Assembly: GCA_964016885.1 (NCBI GenBank)
Contig: OZ024758.1
Span: 29,574,001-29,638,000, forward strand
DNA length: 64,000 bases
DNA from: Eledone cirrhosa
Taxonomy: Eukaryota
Direction of reading: 5' to 3'
The position numbers were made by a program, and so were the translations under genes. Of the stretch, positions 1 through 12,183 are shown piece after piece (positions within the stretch are counted from its first letter, which is position 1; each line of letters starts with the position of its first letter). The notes below the pieces were generated by a model that saw only the letters and a program-made list of their open reading frames with translations, ran no database searches and had not been told where the DNA came from.

Positions 1-232
1 TAGTATATATAGAGTAATGTAAATGTTGTGAGATATTATGTGAGGTAAAGCCTTTACTGTGAAAATACAATAGTATATATAGAGTAATGTAAATGCTATG
101 TGAGATAATATGTGAGGTAAAGTCTTTACTGTGACAATACAATAGTATATATAGAGTAATGTAAATGCTATGTGAGATATTATGTGATGTAAAGCCTTTA
201 CTGTGACAATACAATAGTATATATAGAGTAAT
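1..232. repeat. ~70-72-bp AT-rich minisatellite, left part
   Basis: Units starting TAGTATATATAGAGTAATGTAAATG at 1, 71, 143 and 215 (the last is interrupted after AGAGTAAT). Confidence 0.9.
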
Positions 233-467
233 TTCTTTATTTGCCACCAGGGCACAAAAGATAGGGACAGATATAAGGGGGGGAAGTTTACATATAATTA
301 ACGAGTACAAAAATATAAAAATGAAATAACAACAACAAACGAAGTCCTCAATAGGGCGGGGGCATTAACATGGGTCGCACACACCCCGGAAAAAATGTGC
401 AACCCTTCTCCTCAGGAGCACAAAGAGTAGGTGCCTCCCTCGTCTCCTCTTTTTCCTCTTCTTTCAC

Positions 468-3400
468 CTACAGGCTGATATAGAGAGAAGACCCATTCAC
501 TCTGGCCATTCTCCCTACTTTCACCCACCTTTCATAAAACTTGCTGGGGTAGAGCACCTCTCTCTCCATTCTGATCCTTCTTTTAAAATGGTATTTGAAA
601 AAGGGGACCAGTTGTTGGCCGGAGAGAAAGGTGTCTGATCTCAGCCCTTTCAGCCTCGTCCACCATACAACTTCTTTAGCCATGGCTATCACACAGAGAA
701 AAACCGCATCTCCTTCGTTTTTGAAAGAGGGAGGCGGTTTGATCGTGACAATGGACTCGGTGGTCAACCGGATTGGTCCCACCCTCAACAGTAGTCGTTC
801 CACATAGCCCCACAGGTCAGCAATGCCTGGGCAGTGTACGAATACATGCGCAACGGTTTCGTCGTCATGCACGCATCTCGGATATATCTTATTCAAAGGA
901 TCCCTACCCAGGCTCCCATGCCTGTGGAGCTTGTCTCGAACGGGTAGAGCCCCTCGGTAGCACTGCCAAGCCAGGGACTTTTGGAAGTTGTCCATCGGTC
1001 CAGGGCCAAACGTCCTACCGAACAGACTGGCCAGTTCATCTTCCTCCATGCCTAGAGCTTCTCCGAGAGCATCGTCGCACCTGCTGCGTACCAACCCTCT
1101 ATAGAATGTCGAGGTGGAGTCTTTACTGATTGCCGGGTCCGCTTTCCAGAGGGCCGTGAGCGCCTGGGCACATTCAATGTGCCAGTCGCCCACTTTTCTC
1201 GGTCTTTGCTTGACCCAGGATTGCAGCTCGGTGAGCGAGACGAGTCTGGGAAAGGCTCGCCTCACAAACGGGGCCCACACCGGTTGACCGGTGAGGAATA
1301 CCTGGAGGTGCCTTAATGCGTGTTTACGCATCTGTAGCCACGGCATCCCCAGCCCTCCTTTCGAAGGGTGTTGACAGCAGATGGATCTCCTCACCAAAGG
1401 GGTCCGCTTGTTCCAAAGAAATTGGAACAGCGCGCACTCCATTTTGGCGAGTCTTTTCACTGGTCAAGGCACGACGGCCAAGCGGTAGTAGATGACGGAT
1501 GCTATATAAGCGTTCGCCACCTCCGCTCGACCTTTCAGGGATAGTTTGCACTGGGCCCACTTCTGGGCGAGTGCAAACACCCTGGCCGTTACCTCGTTCC
1601 AGTTTTTCTCCACCTGGAGGTCTGGTCCGAACCAGACCCCAAGCAGCTTCACCGGGCCCTCCGTCCAGCATCCGACGATGTCGTTGGAGGGCATCGGTTT
1701 GCCTCTCCATGTTCTGAGTTGCAAACCGACGGACTTGTCCCGGTTCAGTTTGGCTCCTGTAAACCTTTCATATTCCTCCTGTAAGGTGCCGATCTCACCG
1801 ATTTGCGAGGTTCTCGACACCATTACTGTCACGTCATCGGCGTAGGCCGACGCCGCTTTCTGCAATCCCGGTTCCAAAGGGATGCCCTGCAACCGCTCCA
1901 ACTTCCGCAGTAGTGGCTCAAGAGCCAGCACATACAGAAGGGAGGAGAGAGGGCATCCCTGTCGGATGGATCGCATGATTTGGAACGGCTCCGAGAGGTG
2001 GCCGTTCACCTTGACCCTTGAGCAGACGTTGCTGCTGTGCATCGCAGCAATCCAACCCCTGAAAACGGGTCCGAAGCCTGCCGCCGCGAGCACCGCATCC
2101 AGGTAACGATGGTCAACCCTATCGAAAGCTTTAGATTGATCCAAGTTGATTAGGGCCCCACCAAAGCCGGGTTCATTCCCTACCCTCTCTATGATGTATC
2201 GCATAAGGTGGAGATTGTCGTGAATGGACTTGGACGGGATTGTGGATGTCTGCGCTTCTCCCACCAGGTTTCCGACAAGCGCCAACCTCTTCGCTAACAC
2301 CTTGGCCAAAATCTTTAACTCTGCATTTAGCAGAGTTATGGGCCTGAAGTTACTTATGTCATCCCCCTTGTTCTCGTCCTTGCTCACCAGCGTAACTACG
2401 CCCTTGGCCACAGAACTGGGAATTCTCCCGTTCTGCTGCCAGTTGCAGTAGACCGCTTCGAGGATATCGGAGAACAAGTCCAGCATCGCTACATATAGCT
2501 CGTATGGTAGACCATCGAGACCCGGGGATTTGCGTTTGCCGCATTGGCTCAGCGCCGCCCCTATCTCAGCAGCTGAAATTGGCCTTTCGCAGGACTTCGC
2601 CTCCCCGTCCGAGAGGCGCGGCAGACCGTCGAGGTATGGATTGAAATCCATAGTCTCACCCGGCGCCCCCCCCCCCCGAACAGTCGTGCAAAGTGCTGCT
2701 GAAAGGCCGCACACATCTGCCCAGGTTCAAGGATCACACGCCCATCCTGGTCCTTCAAAGACCGAATCGTGGACTTGTTCCCACTTTTTGCCTCTGTCAC
2801 TCGGGCCCAGCTAACAGCTTTGGCTCCCTCATTACCCAGAGCACGTATTTTACTCCTGACAACGCAGCCTTCATGCTTCACCTCAAAGAACTGGTCTAAG
2901 GCCATTCTTGATGCCAGCACGCCGGCTACATTGCCACTCCTAATCGCCTCTTCTACTCTATCTACTAATTCCCTTTCCGTCTTGTTCCTATCCCTTGCTA
3001 ATTCCTGACTAAAACCTATCGATTTTATTCTAATTGCTCTCTTAAGAGAGCTCCACCACCTGTTGTTGACAATTGCCCCTGTCAAACACTGCTTAACTAA
3101 CGTGCTAATCCGTTTACTGTAAGCTTTGCTTGTCGGTAAGGACAAGTTCAGCTTCCAGTAACCGGGTCCCTATCTATTGGTTCTATCAAGGTTGACTATG
3201 CAGGTCACTAACTTGTGATCCGAATAGTCAACCATGAACATTTTTGGACAGCTAAATGTGTCCCTATCCTTATCTCTAACTAGGACCCTATCTAGGTACG
3301 ACCTAGATGTTCCACTGCGATTGGTCCACGTCCATAGTGGTACAGTCGGAAAATCTAGTCGATATCTATCGGCCAGGTCAAATCGACCGATTAACCTTTT

Positions 3401-3895
3401 GAGGCTTTTACACCCCCCTCTATTGGCACATGCCCCTACATAGTCCCAACGTGCATCCAGGATACCATTCCAGTCCCCCACTAAAAGCAAGGAGCGGGAC
3501 GTTCACAGAAAAGTTTCCAGACGTTGGAAGTAGTCCGGTCGCACTGCCCAAAAAGGGGCGTACACAGCAATTAGTCTAAGGGCTCCCCTTTCACTACTGC
3601 CGACGTCTAAAACCACCAGTCGACCCTCCGGGTCCAGGTGCACCTTCTGTATGGCGAGGCCCAGGTGTTTTCGCAGCAGAATGACAACTCCACCTCCACT
3701 CCCCGGTTGACAGAGAGATGCGAAGATCTCAAAGTCGTCGAAGAGGGGCGCCAGTTGGTGCTCGCTGCTGATCCTGGACTCGCAAATAGCCATTACATCC
3801 ATTCTATGCGACCTGAGATCGTTTAAAAGTTTGCCTTGTTTCCAAGACAGTCCCAGGCCACGTACATTCAGACACCCAACTCTTATATCAGCCAT
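468..3895 (-). pseudogene. Tx1 ORF2: APE endonuclease + reverse transcriptase + C-terminal Cys/His domain
   Basis: Motifs LNVRGL, GDWN, LDRVLV, SDH (APE); PGLDGLP, FRPITLLN, LDQSKAFDRVDH, RQGCPLS, YADD (RT); CVHDDETVAHVFVHC. In-frame stops at 3503, 3170 and 1464, plus a frameshift at the poly-C run ~2666-2677. Confidence 0.93.
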
Positions 3896-3916
3896 GTTGG
3901 TTAAAAGAGGAAGGAC

Positions 3917-5733
3917 CTACCTGTTCGGCTCCTGTGGAGCAGGTTGCACAATATCCATGGGCGTATTGGAGGGGTTGTTTGGTGGGGTGTTGTTCTGTGG
4001 TGGAGTGGGGGTGTTTGGTGAGGTGTGGGTGGGGAAACGTTTCAAGAGGACGCGGTTATAGGGTTGAGTACATGTTTTCCCTACGTCCTCAGGAAAGTTC
4101 TCTCTTAGTTTTGCGTAGGTGTCCATTGGGAGTCTTATCATTTTTAAATGCGGTTTGTTGGCCGCGCTTGCAAAGAATTGCCATTCAGTTTCCACCGAAG
4201 CGTCTTTGTGTATTGTTTTTACTAGTTCTTTGTTATTTGTGTTAATGTATGTATACTGTTTTATTTGTGTTGTGTTTGTTTGTTGTTCTTGTGTGTGCTT
4301 ACGTTTTGTTGTATGTGTTATGTTTTGGGGTGGGGCGGATTTTGTTTGTTCTGTTTGTTTTGTTTTTGTTGGTGGTTGTGTGTTTGTTTCGTTTATGTTC
4401 GAGTGGTGCTTTCTTTTTTTCCTTTTTACAGGTTGGAAGGGTCCCCCCTCTTCGTCACTAGGTGCCGTTTCAGCTGGGTCTTCGTCCGTGCTGTCGGGTA
4501 GTGGTGTATTTTGGGGTTTTGTTGTGTTTGTGTGTGTTTTTGGAGTTGTTTTGGGTGGGGCCGTGTCTTGTGTTATTTTTCCATGTTGTTTTTGTTTTTG
4601 TTGTGGTGGTGGTGGTGGTGGAGGTGGTGGTGGTGTGTGGGGTGTAGGCAAAAGAGCCTTTTTTTTTGTCAATTGAGGACAGGCAGCCCTTAGATGACCC
4701 CTGCTTGAACAGTAGTAACATATGGGCCTCCTACCCTCGGCTGAAATGTATATAAATGTTTCTCCATCGAGGGACACCCTCTGTGGTATTCTAGCTATTC
4801 GTTCTGGTCTCATTTGGACCAGAACCTCCACGCTCAAACCGCCGAAAACGTCTGTGGTGACTTCTCCTACTGAGAGGATTCCGTCCTCGTCTTCTAAAAA
4901 TCCTGTTAGTACCCAGGAAATGCATGATTTGGCCGGATTCCGGAGACTTTTATTTTCTGCGTTCTTTTCCCTAAATATGTGGGGAAAAATGTGTGTAGCT
5001 TGGAAACAATTGGCACCACAGAGTATTTCCTGGCCGTCAATTGATCCTTCATTAGCACCGTTATATTCCCATAGAGTGGCCCTTTTTGTATGAACGATAT
5101 ATCACTCCACACATTTTTTAGGACCAGTTCAATTTCTTTTTGGGATAATTGAGCTGGTTTCCTTGTTATGTTGGAAATTGTTCTGAACGATATCGTTCTT
5201 AGTGTCGTGTCTCTTTTGATTTCTTGTGGGGAGGTGATTGTGAAGTCTCCTCCTTCTTTGAAAGTTACATACTGTTTTGCTTCCTTCATCTTTTCTCTCA
5301 GAGTTGTAATGTCCAGTTGCTTGCAGGTCTGTGTTTTCCGGACCGCCTGTGCAAAGGAGGCACCAGTAGTGGGTTCGCTTTGTTTGGTGTTATCGTTATT
5401 TTTTCCTTGGTTAGTGTTGTGACTATTGCTGTTATTGTCATTGTTGTTTTTGTCTGCGTTTATGTGACTTTCTGGGTTTTCACCCATTTTTACAAATTTT
5501 TCTTTTAATTCCGTGTTCCATGTTTCTTTTGCAGAAGTGAGGAGGGAAGACTTAGAGCCTTGTGCTTCTAGCTTCTCTGTATCACCTTTCTTGGGGGGCG
5601 TAGCTTTCTCGTTAGGATGAGATGTGAAAATTCCGTCCATTTCTATTAGTTTGCCGTAATAAATTTTTAACTGGAAAATTCGCCCCAAAAAGGGGCGAAA
5701 ATAAATAAACTCAAAGTTTGACGACCAAGGCAA
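3917..5733 (-). pseudogene. Tx1 ORF1 (gag-like, zinc knuckle), frameshifted
   Basis: ORFs 4906-5733 and 3917-4837 are in different frames. Contains CYYCSSRGHLRAAC (CX2CX4HX4C) and a Pro/Thr/Lys-rich tail with an FQPVKRKKRK basic patch. Ends 21 bp before the ORF2 ATG. Confidence 0.8.
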
Positions 5734-5850
5734 GGGGTTAACGTATATTACAGTATAAAAAAATTAATCAAAACTCACTTTTGAGTAAGTAAATCCAACT
5801 CGGTAGCCGAGCTTGTTCACACACGTCAACATACGTCTCTCGTATACGAG

Positions 5851-5997
5851 ATGTTATGTGAGATATTATGTGAGGTAAAGCCTTTACTGTGAAAATACAA
5901 TAGTATATATAGAGTAATGTAAATGCTATGAGAGATATTATGTGAGGTAAAGCCTTTACTGTGACAATACAATAGTATATATAGAGTAATGTAAATG
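5851..5997. repeat. ~70-72-bp minisatellite, right part (continuation of 1-232)
   Basis: The same unit resumes at ATGTTATGTGAGATATTATG; about 2 copies. Confidence 0.9.
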
Positions 5998-6332
5998 GTA
6001 AAGGGTTAAATTTTTCCTTCGTAAAGAATTATCTCATCTAAAATATAAGGAACTATGTTGTTGTCAGGGGTGATTATGAAAATGGTGGTGAGAGACATGT
6101 TGCTGTCAGCACTATGAAGCCCCCAAAAACGTATATGGTCGGTTTCCTTCTGATTAACAAAATCCTTTTATCATCTAAAGTCTTCTTTTGGGCACTCACT
6201 AAGTTTTTGGTTTGGTAAGGTACTGTTATGGGAGCAATGTTGGTTGAAGTTGATTAAGGGCACTTCTACAGCTTCCATGCCATATCACTTACATTACCAG
6301 AAAAACCACTATAGGTACTACATATCCAACTT

Positions 6333-6760
6333 CACCAGCACCACCACTACTACAAGCACCAGCAGCACCACCACCACCACCACTATCACCACCACCACCA
6401 CCAACAACACCACTACCACCACCACCACCACACACCACCAGCACCACCACCACCATTACCACCACCACACACCTCCACCATACACCATCACCACCACCAC
6501 CACCACTACTACCACCAGCACCACCACTACCACTACCACCATCACCACCACCATACACCACCACCACCAACACCACCACCACCACCACCACCACCACCAC
6601 CACCACTACCACCACCACCGCCACCACCCCCACCATTACCCCCCCACACCATACACCATCACCACCACCACCACCACCACCACCACCACCACCACCACCA
6701 CCACTACTACCACCAGCACCACCACCACCACTACCACCATCACACACCACCACCACCTCA
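6333..6760. repeat. (CAC/ACC)n low-complexity trinucleotide tract
   Basis: Degenerate CAC repeats with an internal duplication. Confidence 0.9.
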
Positions 6761-7288
6761 GCAAATGAACCAATCAATTATGAAACAACAAGAGATTGTT
6801 TACAGGGCTGGTTGTTCAACCTGCTATAAATAGCAGCCTAATCTTCCTCAAAGTGTAACCTTCCCGCTTAAAAGTACTGCATGGTTATGGTTGGTTGAAA
6901 TACTTTAAATCATATCATTGATCAAGGTTGATCAAGGTTGCTATGGGACTAAACACCAGCAACAAAAGCTGTTACGAGAGTAAGACAACTAAACTGAACA
7001 GGTGCAATTTATTTAGTTTCTTCAGTCCACCATGTAACAGGTGTGTTACATTGTACTTAATAGATTATCTATCTATTAAGAGGAGAAGTGTTTGTCACGA
7101 ATAGTGTAAATGTGTTAATAAAATATTAAATAAGTTATGATCACATACACTGAAATGAAACAGAGCTAACAGGTGTGTACACGTTGCTATTACAATATAA
7201 AAATCCATGCGTGCATGTCATGTGATGTGTATGAGGTAGTGAGTGGGTGAAGCATGAAATACATGTATATGATATAATATATATATAA

Positions 7289-7810
7289 TACCGGTCGCTC
7301 TCCGACAGGTTTGTGGTGGAGACTTCTGGTGTCCTTGCCCCCAGGGCTACCTCCTTACTCACCACCATAGGCGCTGAGCTGACTACTCCTGGCAGTGGAG
7401 ACTTCTGGTGTCCTTGCCCCCAGGGCTACCTCCTTACTCACCACCATAGGCGCTGAGCTGATTACTCCTGGCAGTGGAGACTTCTGGTGTCCTCGGCCCC
7501 AGGGCTACCTCCTTACTCACCACCATAGACGCTGAGCTGGCCAGCCGCAGGTGTGAGCCCCGCGAGTTGGAGTGGCTTTTCCAGCGCGTCTCCCTTGCCG
7601 TCCTCCGGGGAAACGCCTTCTCCCTTTTGTCCAGCGGGGCTGTGGGTGGGCCCCATCGCGTACCGTTGTAGTTGTTGTAGAAGAAACAGGAAGACAACAA
7701 CTGCAAAATTAGATTTTTTAATAGTAAGGATGTTAGTTGACCAACTCAGCAATCTTAGTAGTGACTAAGTACGAGCTGTAAAATAAAGTGAAGATATTAA
7801 AGAGAAAACA
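7289..7810 (+). mobile_element. 3' fragment of a CRE-like (restriction-like endonuclease) non-LTR retrotransposon
   Basis: Translates AVETSGVLGPRATSLL...REL EWLFQRVSLAVLRGNAFSL, matching the ET.G..G / QR.S....RGN C-terminal pattern of CRE-type elements. 3' UTR with AATAAA; TA-rich sequence on both sides. Confidence 0.7.
7316..7540 (+). repeat. 79-bp tandem triplication within the CRE-like fragment
   Basis: GTGGAGACTTCTGGTGTCC recurs at 7316, 7395 and 7474. Confidence 0.9.
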
Positions 7811-7989
7811 TATATATATATATTGTTATACTTTGGGAGGGTCATGTTGCCAATAAGAAACACACGCACCAGTTGCTTTCACTTCAATTTATTATATATT
7901 TATAAATTTATAAATTTACAAATTTACAAATTTACAAACTTATAAATTTCTGGTTGGTTGGTTCCACAACCAGATAGTTGTTTATATAT

Positions 7990-8034
7990 AGTCATAGTCC
8001 TTTCGTCACACACTCTGTGACCTCTTCAGTGACT
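7990..8034 (-). ncRNA. Hammerhead ribozyme, inverted copy
   Basis: Reverse complement of 10085-10129. Confidence 0.8.
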
Positions 8035-8674
8035 GGGGATTCCTTTCTTTGTTTCTGTGCCTTTCCTTTCTTCTATCCTACGCCATTTTGTTTCTGTGTG
8101 TGTGTTGTGTGCTCAGTTTGCGCATGCGCCACATCCGGGTGTCTGTGTGTGTTTGTGTTCATTTATCTATTTGTTTATTTATTTATTTATTTATTGTTGG
8201 TTGGTTGTTTGTTCTATGTGTGTGTGTGTTTTCATTTTGTCCTGTGTGTGTTTTCATTTTGTCCTTAATTGTAAGTTGTTTGTTCTATGTGTGTGTGTGT
8301 GTTTTCATTTTGTCCTTAATTGTAAGTTGTGATGTTGCTGTTCCACTCATATTTTATATTTAATTTTGGTTGTAATTCTTTTATGCTTACTGCCTCTGTA
8401 ATTTGCCTAAACATTGCATCTTTTCTGTGTGTGGATTCTATTTTTATTTCTATGTTCTCTAATCTACCCCTGTGTTCTATCTTAGCATGTTGGTAGAGCA
8501 CAGATGATTCTTTATTATCTTGGAGGTCTTGCCAGTGTTCATTTATTCGTTCCCCTATACTACGAGCTGTCTCACCTATGTACACTATATTTTTGTTTCT
8601 ACATTGTCCTTCAGTACATCTTATGCTATACACTACATTTCTAGTTTTACAGTTAATATGGGGGCTTATTTTAC

Positions 8675-9805
8675 TACGTAGATGATATAAACATCGTAGT
8701 TAAGACACCCCCACTAAAGAACAGCCAGGAACTAGAGAAAAATACAATGGAAAGCATACAGCAAATAGCAAACTCCATCCACCAGAGCATTAGAGTTACT
8801 ATAGACTACCCAAGTAGACACCCCAACCATCGATTACCTGTACTAGACACAGAGCTCTGGTTAGATACCATTAACAACCAAAAACAAATCCTCCATTCCC
8901 ATTATGCCAAACCCATGACTTCCAAACATCTGATCCACCGAAACTCGGCCATTTCGGACCATACCAAAATCAACATACTGATTGCGGATTTGGTACGGGT
9001 GATGAGAAATGTGTCCCGCATGTGCAACCCCGAAGAACTAGAGAGACACATACAACACTTCATCCACCGTATGCAGTTCTCTGGCTACAATCAGAGAGAT
9101 AGAATCAGAGTGTATAAAGGAGCCAGAACCAAATGGGAAAAAATGGTAAATAATGACATAAATGGGACCTGCCTCTTGTATAGGAGCAAATTTTGGAATA
9201 GAATAGAAAGAACTAGGAACAAGGCCAATAGAATAAACTCATGGTATGATAGCAATAAATACCAGAGTGAAATGTTCATCAATACAACCCCTAGAGGCGA
9301 ACTAGCCTACAAATTTAGAAGGGCCCTAAATAAACATAAACTCAATATTAAGATAGTAGAAAGACCAGGTACCTCCGTAAAAACACTTATTAGCAAGACA
9401 TACCCGTTCCAAAGACCCTCATGTATAGATAAGAAATGTATAACCTGTAAAATAAGCCCCCATATTAACTGTAAAACTAGAAATGTAGTGTATAGCATAA
9501 GATGTACTGAAGGACAATGTAGAAACAAAAATATAGTGTACATAGGTGAGACAGCTCGTAGTATAGGGGAACGAATAAATGAACACTGGCGAGACCACCA
9601 AGATAATAAAGAATCATCTGTGCTCTACCAACATGCTAAGATAGAACACAGGGGTAGATTAGAGAACATAGAAATAAAAATAGAATCCACACACAGAAAA
9701 GATGCAATGTTTAGGCAAATTACAGAGGCAGTAAGCATAAAAGAATTACAACCAAAATTAAATATAAAATATGAGTGGAACAGCAACATCACAACTTACA
9801 ATTAA
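8675..9805 (+). pseudogene. Penelope RT C-terminal half + GIY-YIG endonuclease (open frame, 5'-truncated)
   Basis: The frame opens at TACGTAGATGAT = YVDD (8675, in frame with 8747). Motifs LPVLD, HYAKP, VVYSIRC...YIGETARSIGERINEH, RQITEAV, PKLN. Confidence 0.92.
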
Positions 9806-10084
9806 GGACAAAATGAAAACACACACGCACATAGAACAAACAACTTACAATTAAGGACAAAATGAAAACACACACAGGACAAAATGAAAACACACACACA
9901 CATAGAACAAACAACCAACCAACAATAAATAAATAAATAAATAAACAAATAGATAAATGAACACAAACACACACAGACACCCGGATGTGGCGCATGCGCA
10001 AACTGAGCACACAACACACACACAGAAACAAAATGGCGTAGGATAGAAGAAAGGAAAGGCACAGAAACAAAGAAAGGAATCCCC

Positions 10085-10129
10085 AGTCACTGAAGAGGTC
10101 ACAGAGTGTGTGACGAAAGGACTATGACT
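10085..10129 (+). ncRNA. Minimal type I hammerhead ribozyme in Penelope 3' repeat
   Basis: AGTCA-CTGAAGA-g-GTCACA(gagtg)TGTGAC-GAAA-ggac-TA-TGACT: stem I, core, stem II and a minimal stem III. Confidence 0.8.
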
Positions 10130-10397
10130 ATATATAAACAACTATCTGGTTGTGGAACCAACCAACCAGAAATTTATAAGTTTGTAAATTTGTAAATTTG
10201 TAAATTTATAAATTTATAAATATATAATAAATTGAAGTGAAAGCAACTGGTGCGTGTGTTTCTTATTGGCAACATGACCCTCCCAAAGTATAACAATATC
10301 GGTTTCAACACATGATTTCAGATAAAGAATCTTGCTAAACAAATTCAGAAACGAAATATATATATATAAATGTGTGTGTATTTATATATGTATATAT

Positions 10398-10640
10398 TCG
10401 CTGATTCTACTGAGGAGGTCCTCCGTGCTGTCACATATATCTGGGGACATTTCGATTATGGGGCGTATGATCAGGAGGATGAAGTAGGAGAGTCTGTAGT
10501 TGCTAGCAATATTAGCTCCCTAGAATAGCCGTGATTGTGGTCCTGTGACTGGGTCACTATTTGCCTTGTGGTCTTTGCGAAGTCCAGACAGCATTGGTAC
10601 GTCATTGTTCCAGGCCTAGAAGTTGTTGGCAGTCCATTTA
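10398..10640 (-). pseudogene. Degenerate Penelope-like RT N-terminal fragment
   Basis: Manual translation LSGLRKDHKANSDPVTGPQSRLF*GANIASNYRLSYFILLIIRPIIEMSPDICDSTEDLLSRI resembles the PLE GL.K.HK...RP...STED motifs; one stop codon. Confidence 0.6.
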
Positions 10641-10734
10641 TTAGGCTGCATTATGCTAGTCCACATCATCATATAAGCGTTGAGGGGGTTTTTCCCATTA
10701 CCTCAATGGCCAAGAAGATCCCCACAGAAAGATG

Positions 10735-10870
10735 GAGAGGGTGGACCGGAGCCATGCGGCTTCATTTCTATGGCTGGATACACTTCCTGATGCCAACCAT
10801 ATTCACAGTGTGGGCTGGGTGCGTTTTATTGTGGCACCAAAATGACCAACAGACATGTTAGGTTAGGTGT
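10735..10870 (-). mobile_element. Fragment of RTE 3'-UTR-type repeat
   Basis: GCTGGATAcaCTTCCTgAtGCCAACC...ACAGTGTGG resembles the reverse complement of ~23780-23830. Confidence 0.5.
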
Positions 10871-11004
10871 CTTTGTGATGTCACCAATTCGACCGCCTTA
10901 TATATATATGTCCAAAACGTTAAGACTCTTTTCCTGCTATTTCAAGTGTTAAACTAATATATTTCTTCCATGTACTGTGCCATTTGTTTTGTTACTACTT
11001 TTAA

Positions 11005-11060
<56 letters not shown>

Positions 11061-11063
<3 letters not shown>

Positions 11064-11230
11064 AACAAGTAAGACCCCGACGGCTGAGCTCAAGCCAGAA
11101 TTAGCCGTCGAAACGGCTTGAGCTCAGCCGTCGGGGTCTTACTTGTTCCTATTACCCACTCTACTACCCTAAGTATTCAGTACTTTGGTGCGTTATGGTC
11201 CATCTGGTTCCTTACCACAGTTCCTTCGTT
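11061..11230 (+). mobile_element. Short fold-back remnant, probably a Penelope 3' terminus
   Basis: 36-bp perfect inverted repeat (11061-11096 / 11115-11150), an 18-bp spacer ending GCCGTCGAAAC, an 80-bp one-sided tail and (TA)n flanks. Confidence 0.6.
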
Positions 11231-11249
11231 ATATATATATATATATATA

Positions 11250-11465
11250 GAAAGTGGATAGACTTTTGTCAAATCGGACCGAGGTAACAATGTTTCCGCT
11301 GGTCTTTCCAATTGTTAATACTATCTATCGGTTGCAACTCCAGGTAGAAGAAGCCACATGAAATAAAATGTCTTGCTCAAGGACATAATGCATCGCCTGG
11401 TCCAGGAATCCAACTCACAACCTCACAATTGCAAGCCCAACCCGAACCACTCGGCTACGCGACTT

Positions 11466-11467
<2 letters not shown>
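11250..11467 (-). mobile_element. tRNA-derived SINE (same family as 21551-21780)
   Basis: A/B-box-like head, TCCTTGAGCAAGACA core and shared 3' body. Confidence 0.8.
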
Positions 11468-11548
<81 letters not shown>

Positions 11549-11562
11549 TGATGATGGTGATG

Positions 11563-11648
<86 letters not shown>

Positions 11649-11676
11649 GGAGAGACAGAGAGAAAGAGAGAGAGAG
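11468..11676. repeat. Compound (TA)n/(CA)n/(GA)n microsatellite
   Basis: Direct inspection. Confidence 0.9.
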
Positions 11677-11781
11677 TTAAGTAAGATGTGGCTAATGGCG
11701 TGTCTGAGAGATCAGTGGCTTCAATTAAGTACTGGCTTAGGCTGTGATGATTCTAGCAAGGGAAATAGACTTTAAATGCCA

Positions 11782-11817
<36 letters not shown>

Positions 11818-11820
<3 letters not shown>

Positions 11821-11975
11821 TCATCATCATCATCATCATTTCATTTTACGTCCACTTTTCCCTGCTTGCAAGGGTGTGACGGGAACTGATTCTGGCTTGA
11901 TTTTTACAGCTGGATGCCCTTCCTAACACCAACCTCATTTACAGTGAGTGCTGGGTGCTTTTTTGCCGTGGCACC
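11818..11975 (-). mobile_element. RTE 3'-tail fragment ending in (GAT)n
   Basis: (TCA)n followed by sequence similar to the reverse complement of 23780-23960. Confidence 0.65.
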
Positions 11976-12029
11976 TCCACGACCACTTTGCAGTGGAATG
12001 ATAGGGACCCCAGTCCCTATCATCTCGTT

Positions 12030-12166
12030 TCTACAGCTGAGGAAACTGGAGCAATGTGAAATAAAGTGTCTTGCTCAAGGAGACAACACATCACCCGGTC
12101 TAAGAATTGAACTCACAACCTTTCGATTGCAAGGCCAATGCTCTAACCACTAAGCCACGTGCCTCC
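12030..12166 (-). mobile_element. tRNA-derived SINE (same head as 21551, different 3' body)
   Basis: Minus strand reads GGCACGTGGCTTAGTGGTTAGAGC...GAGTTCAATTC...TCCTTGAGCAAGACACTT. Confidence 0.75.
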
Positions 12167-12183
12167 ATATATATATATATATA

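Larger units (their letters stand above)
233..5850 (-). mobile_element. Near full-length Tx1/L1-clade non-LTR retrotransposon, inactivated
   Basis: ORF1 with CCHC knuckle, then ORF2 with APE, RT and a C-terminal Cys/His motif. AATAAA on the minus strand at 236-241. Both ends abut the same minisatellite. Confidence 0.9.
7821..10356 (+). mobile_element. Penelope-like element, 5'-truncated, with inverted duplication of its 3' end
   Basis: 7821-8674 is the reverse complement of ~9447-10298. The right arm has a ~58-bp extra tail. Flanked by (TA)n. Confidence 0.92.

Noticed and set aside
595-5508. Plus-strand ORFs overlapping the Tx1 element
   Set aside because: Antisense shadows of the LINE ORFs with no recognisable motifs.
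6244-6777. Thr/His-rich and Gly/Val-rich ORFs
   Set aside because: They are translations of a (CAC)n low-complexity tract.
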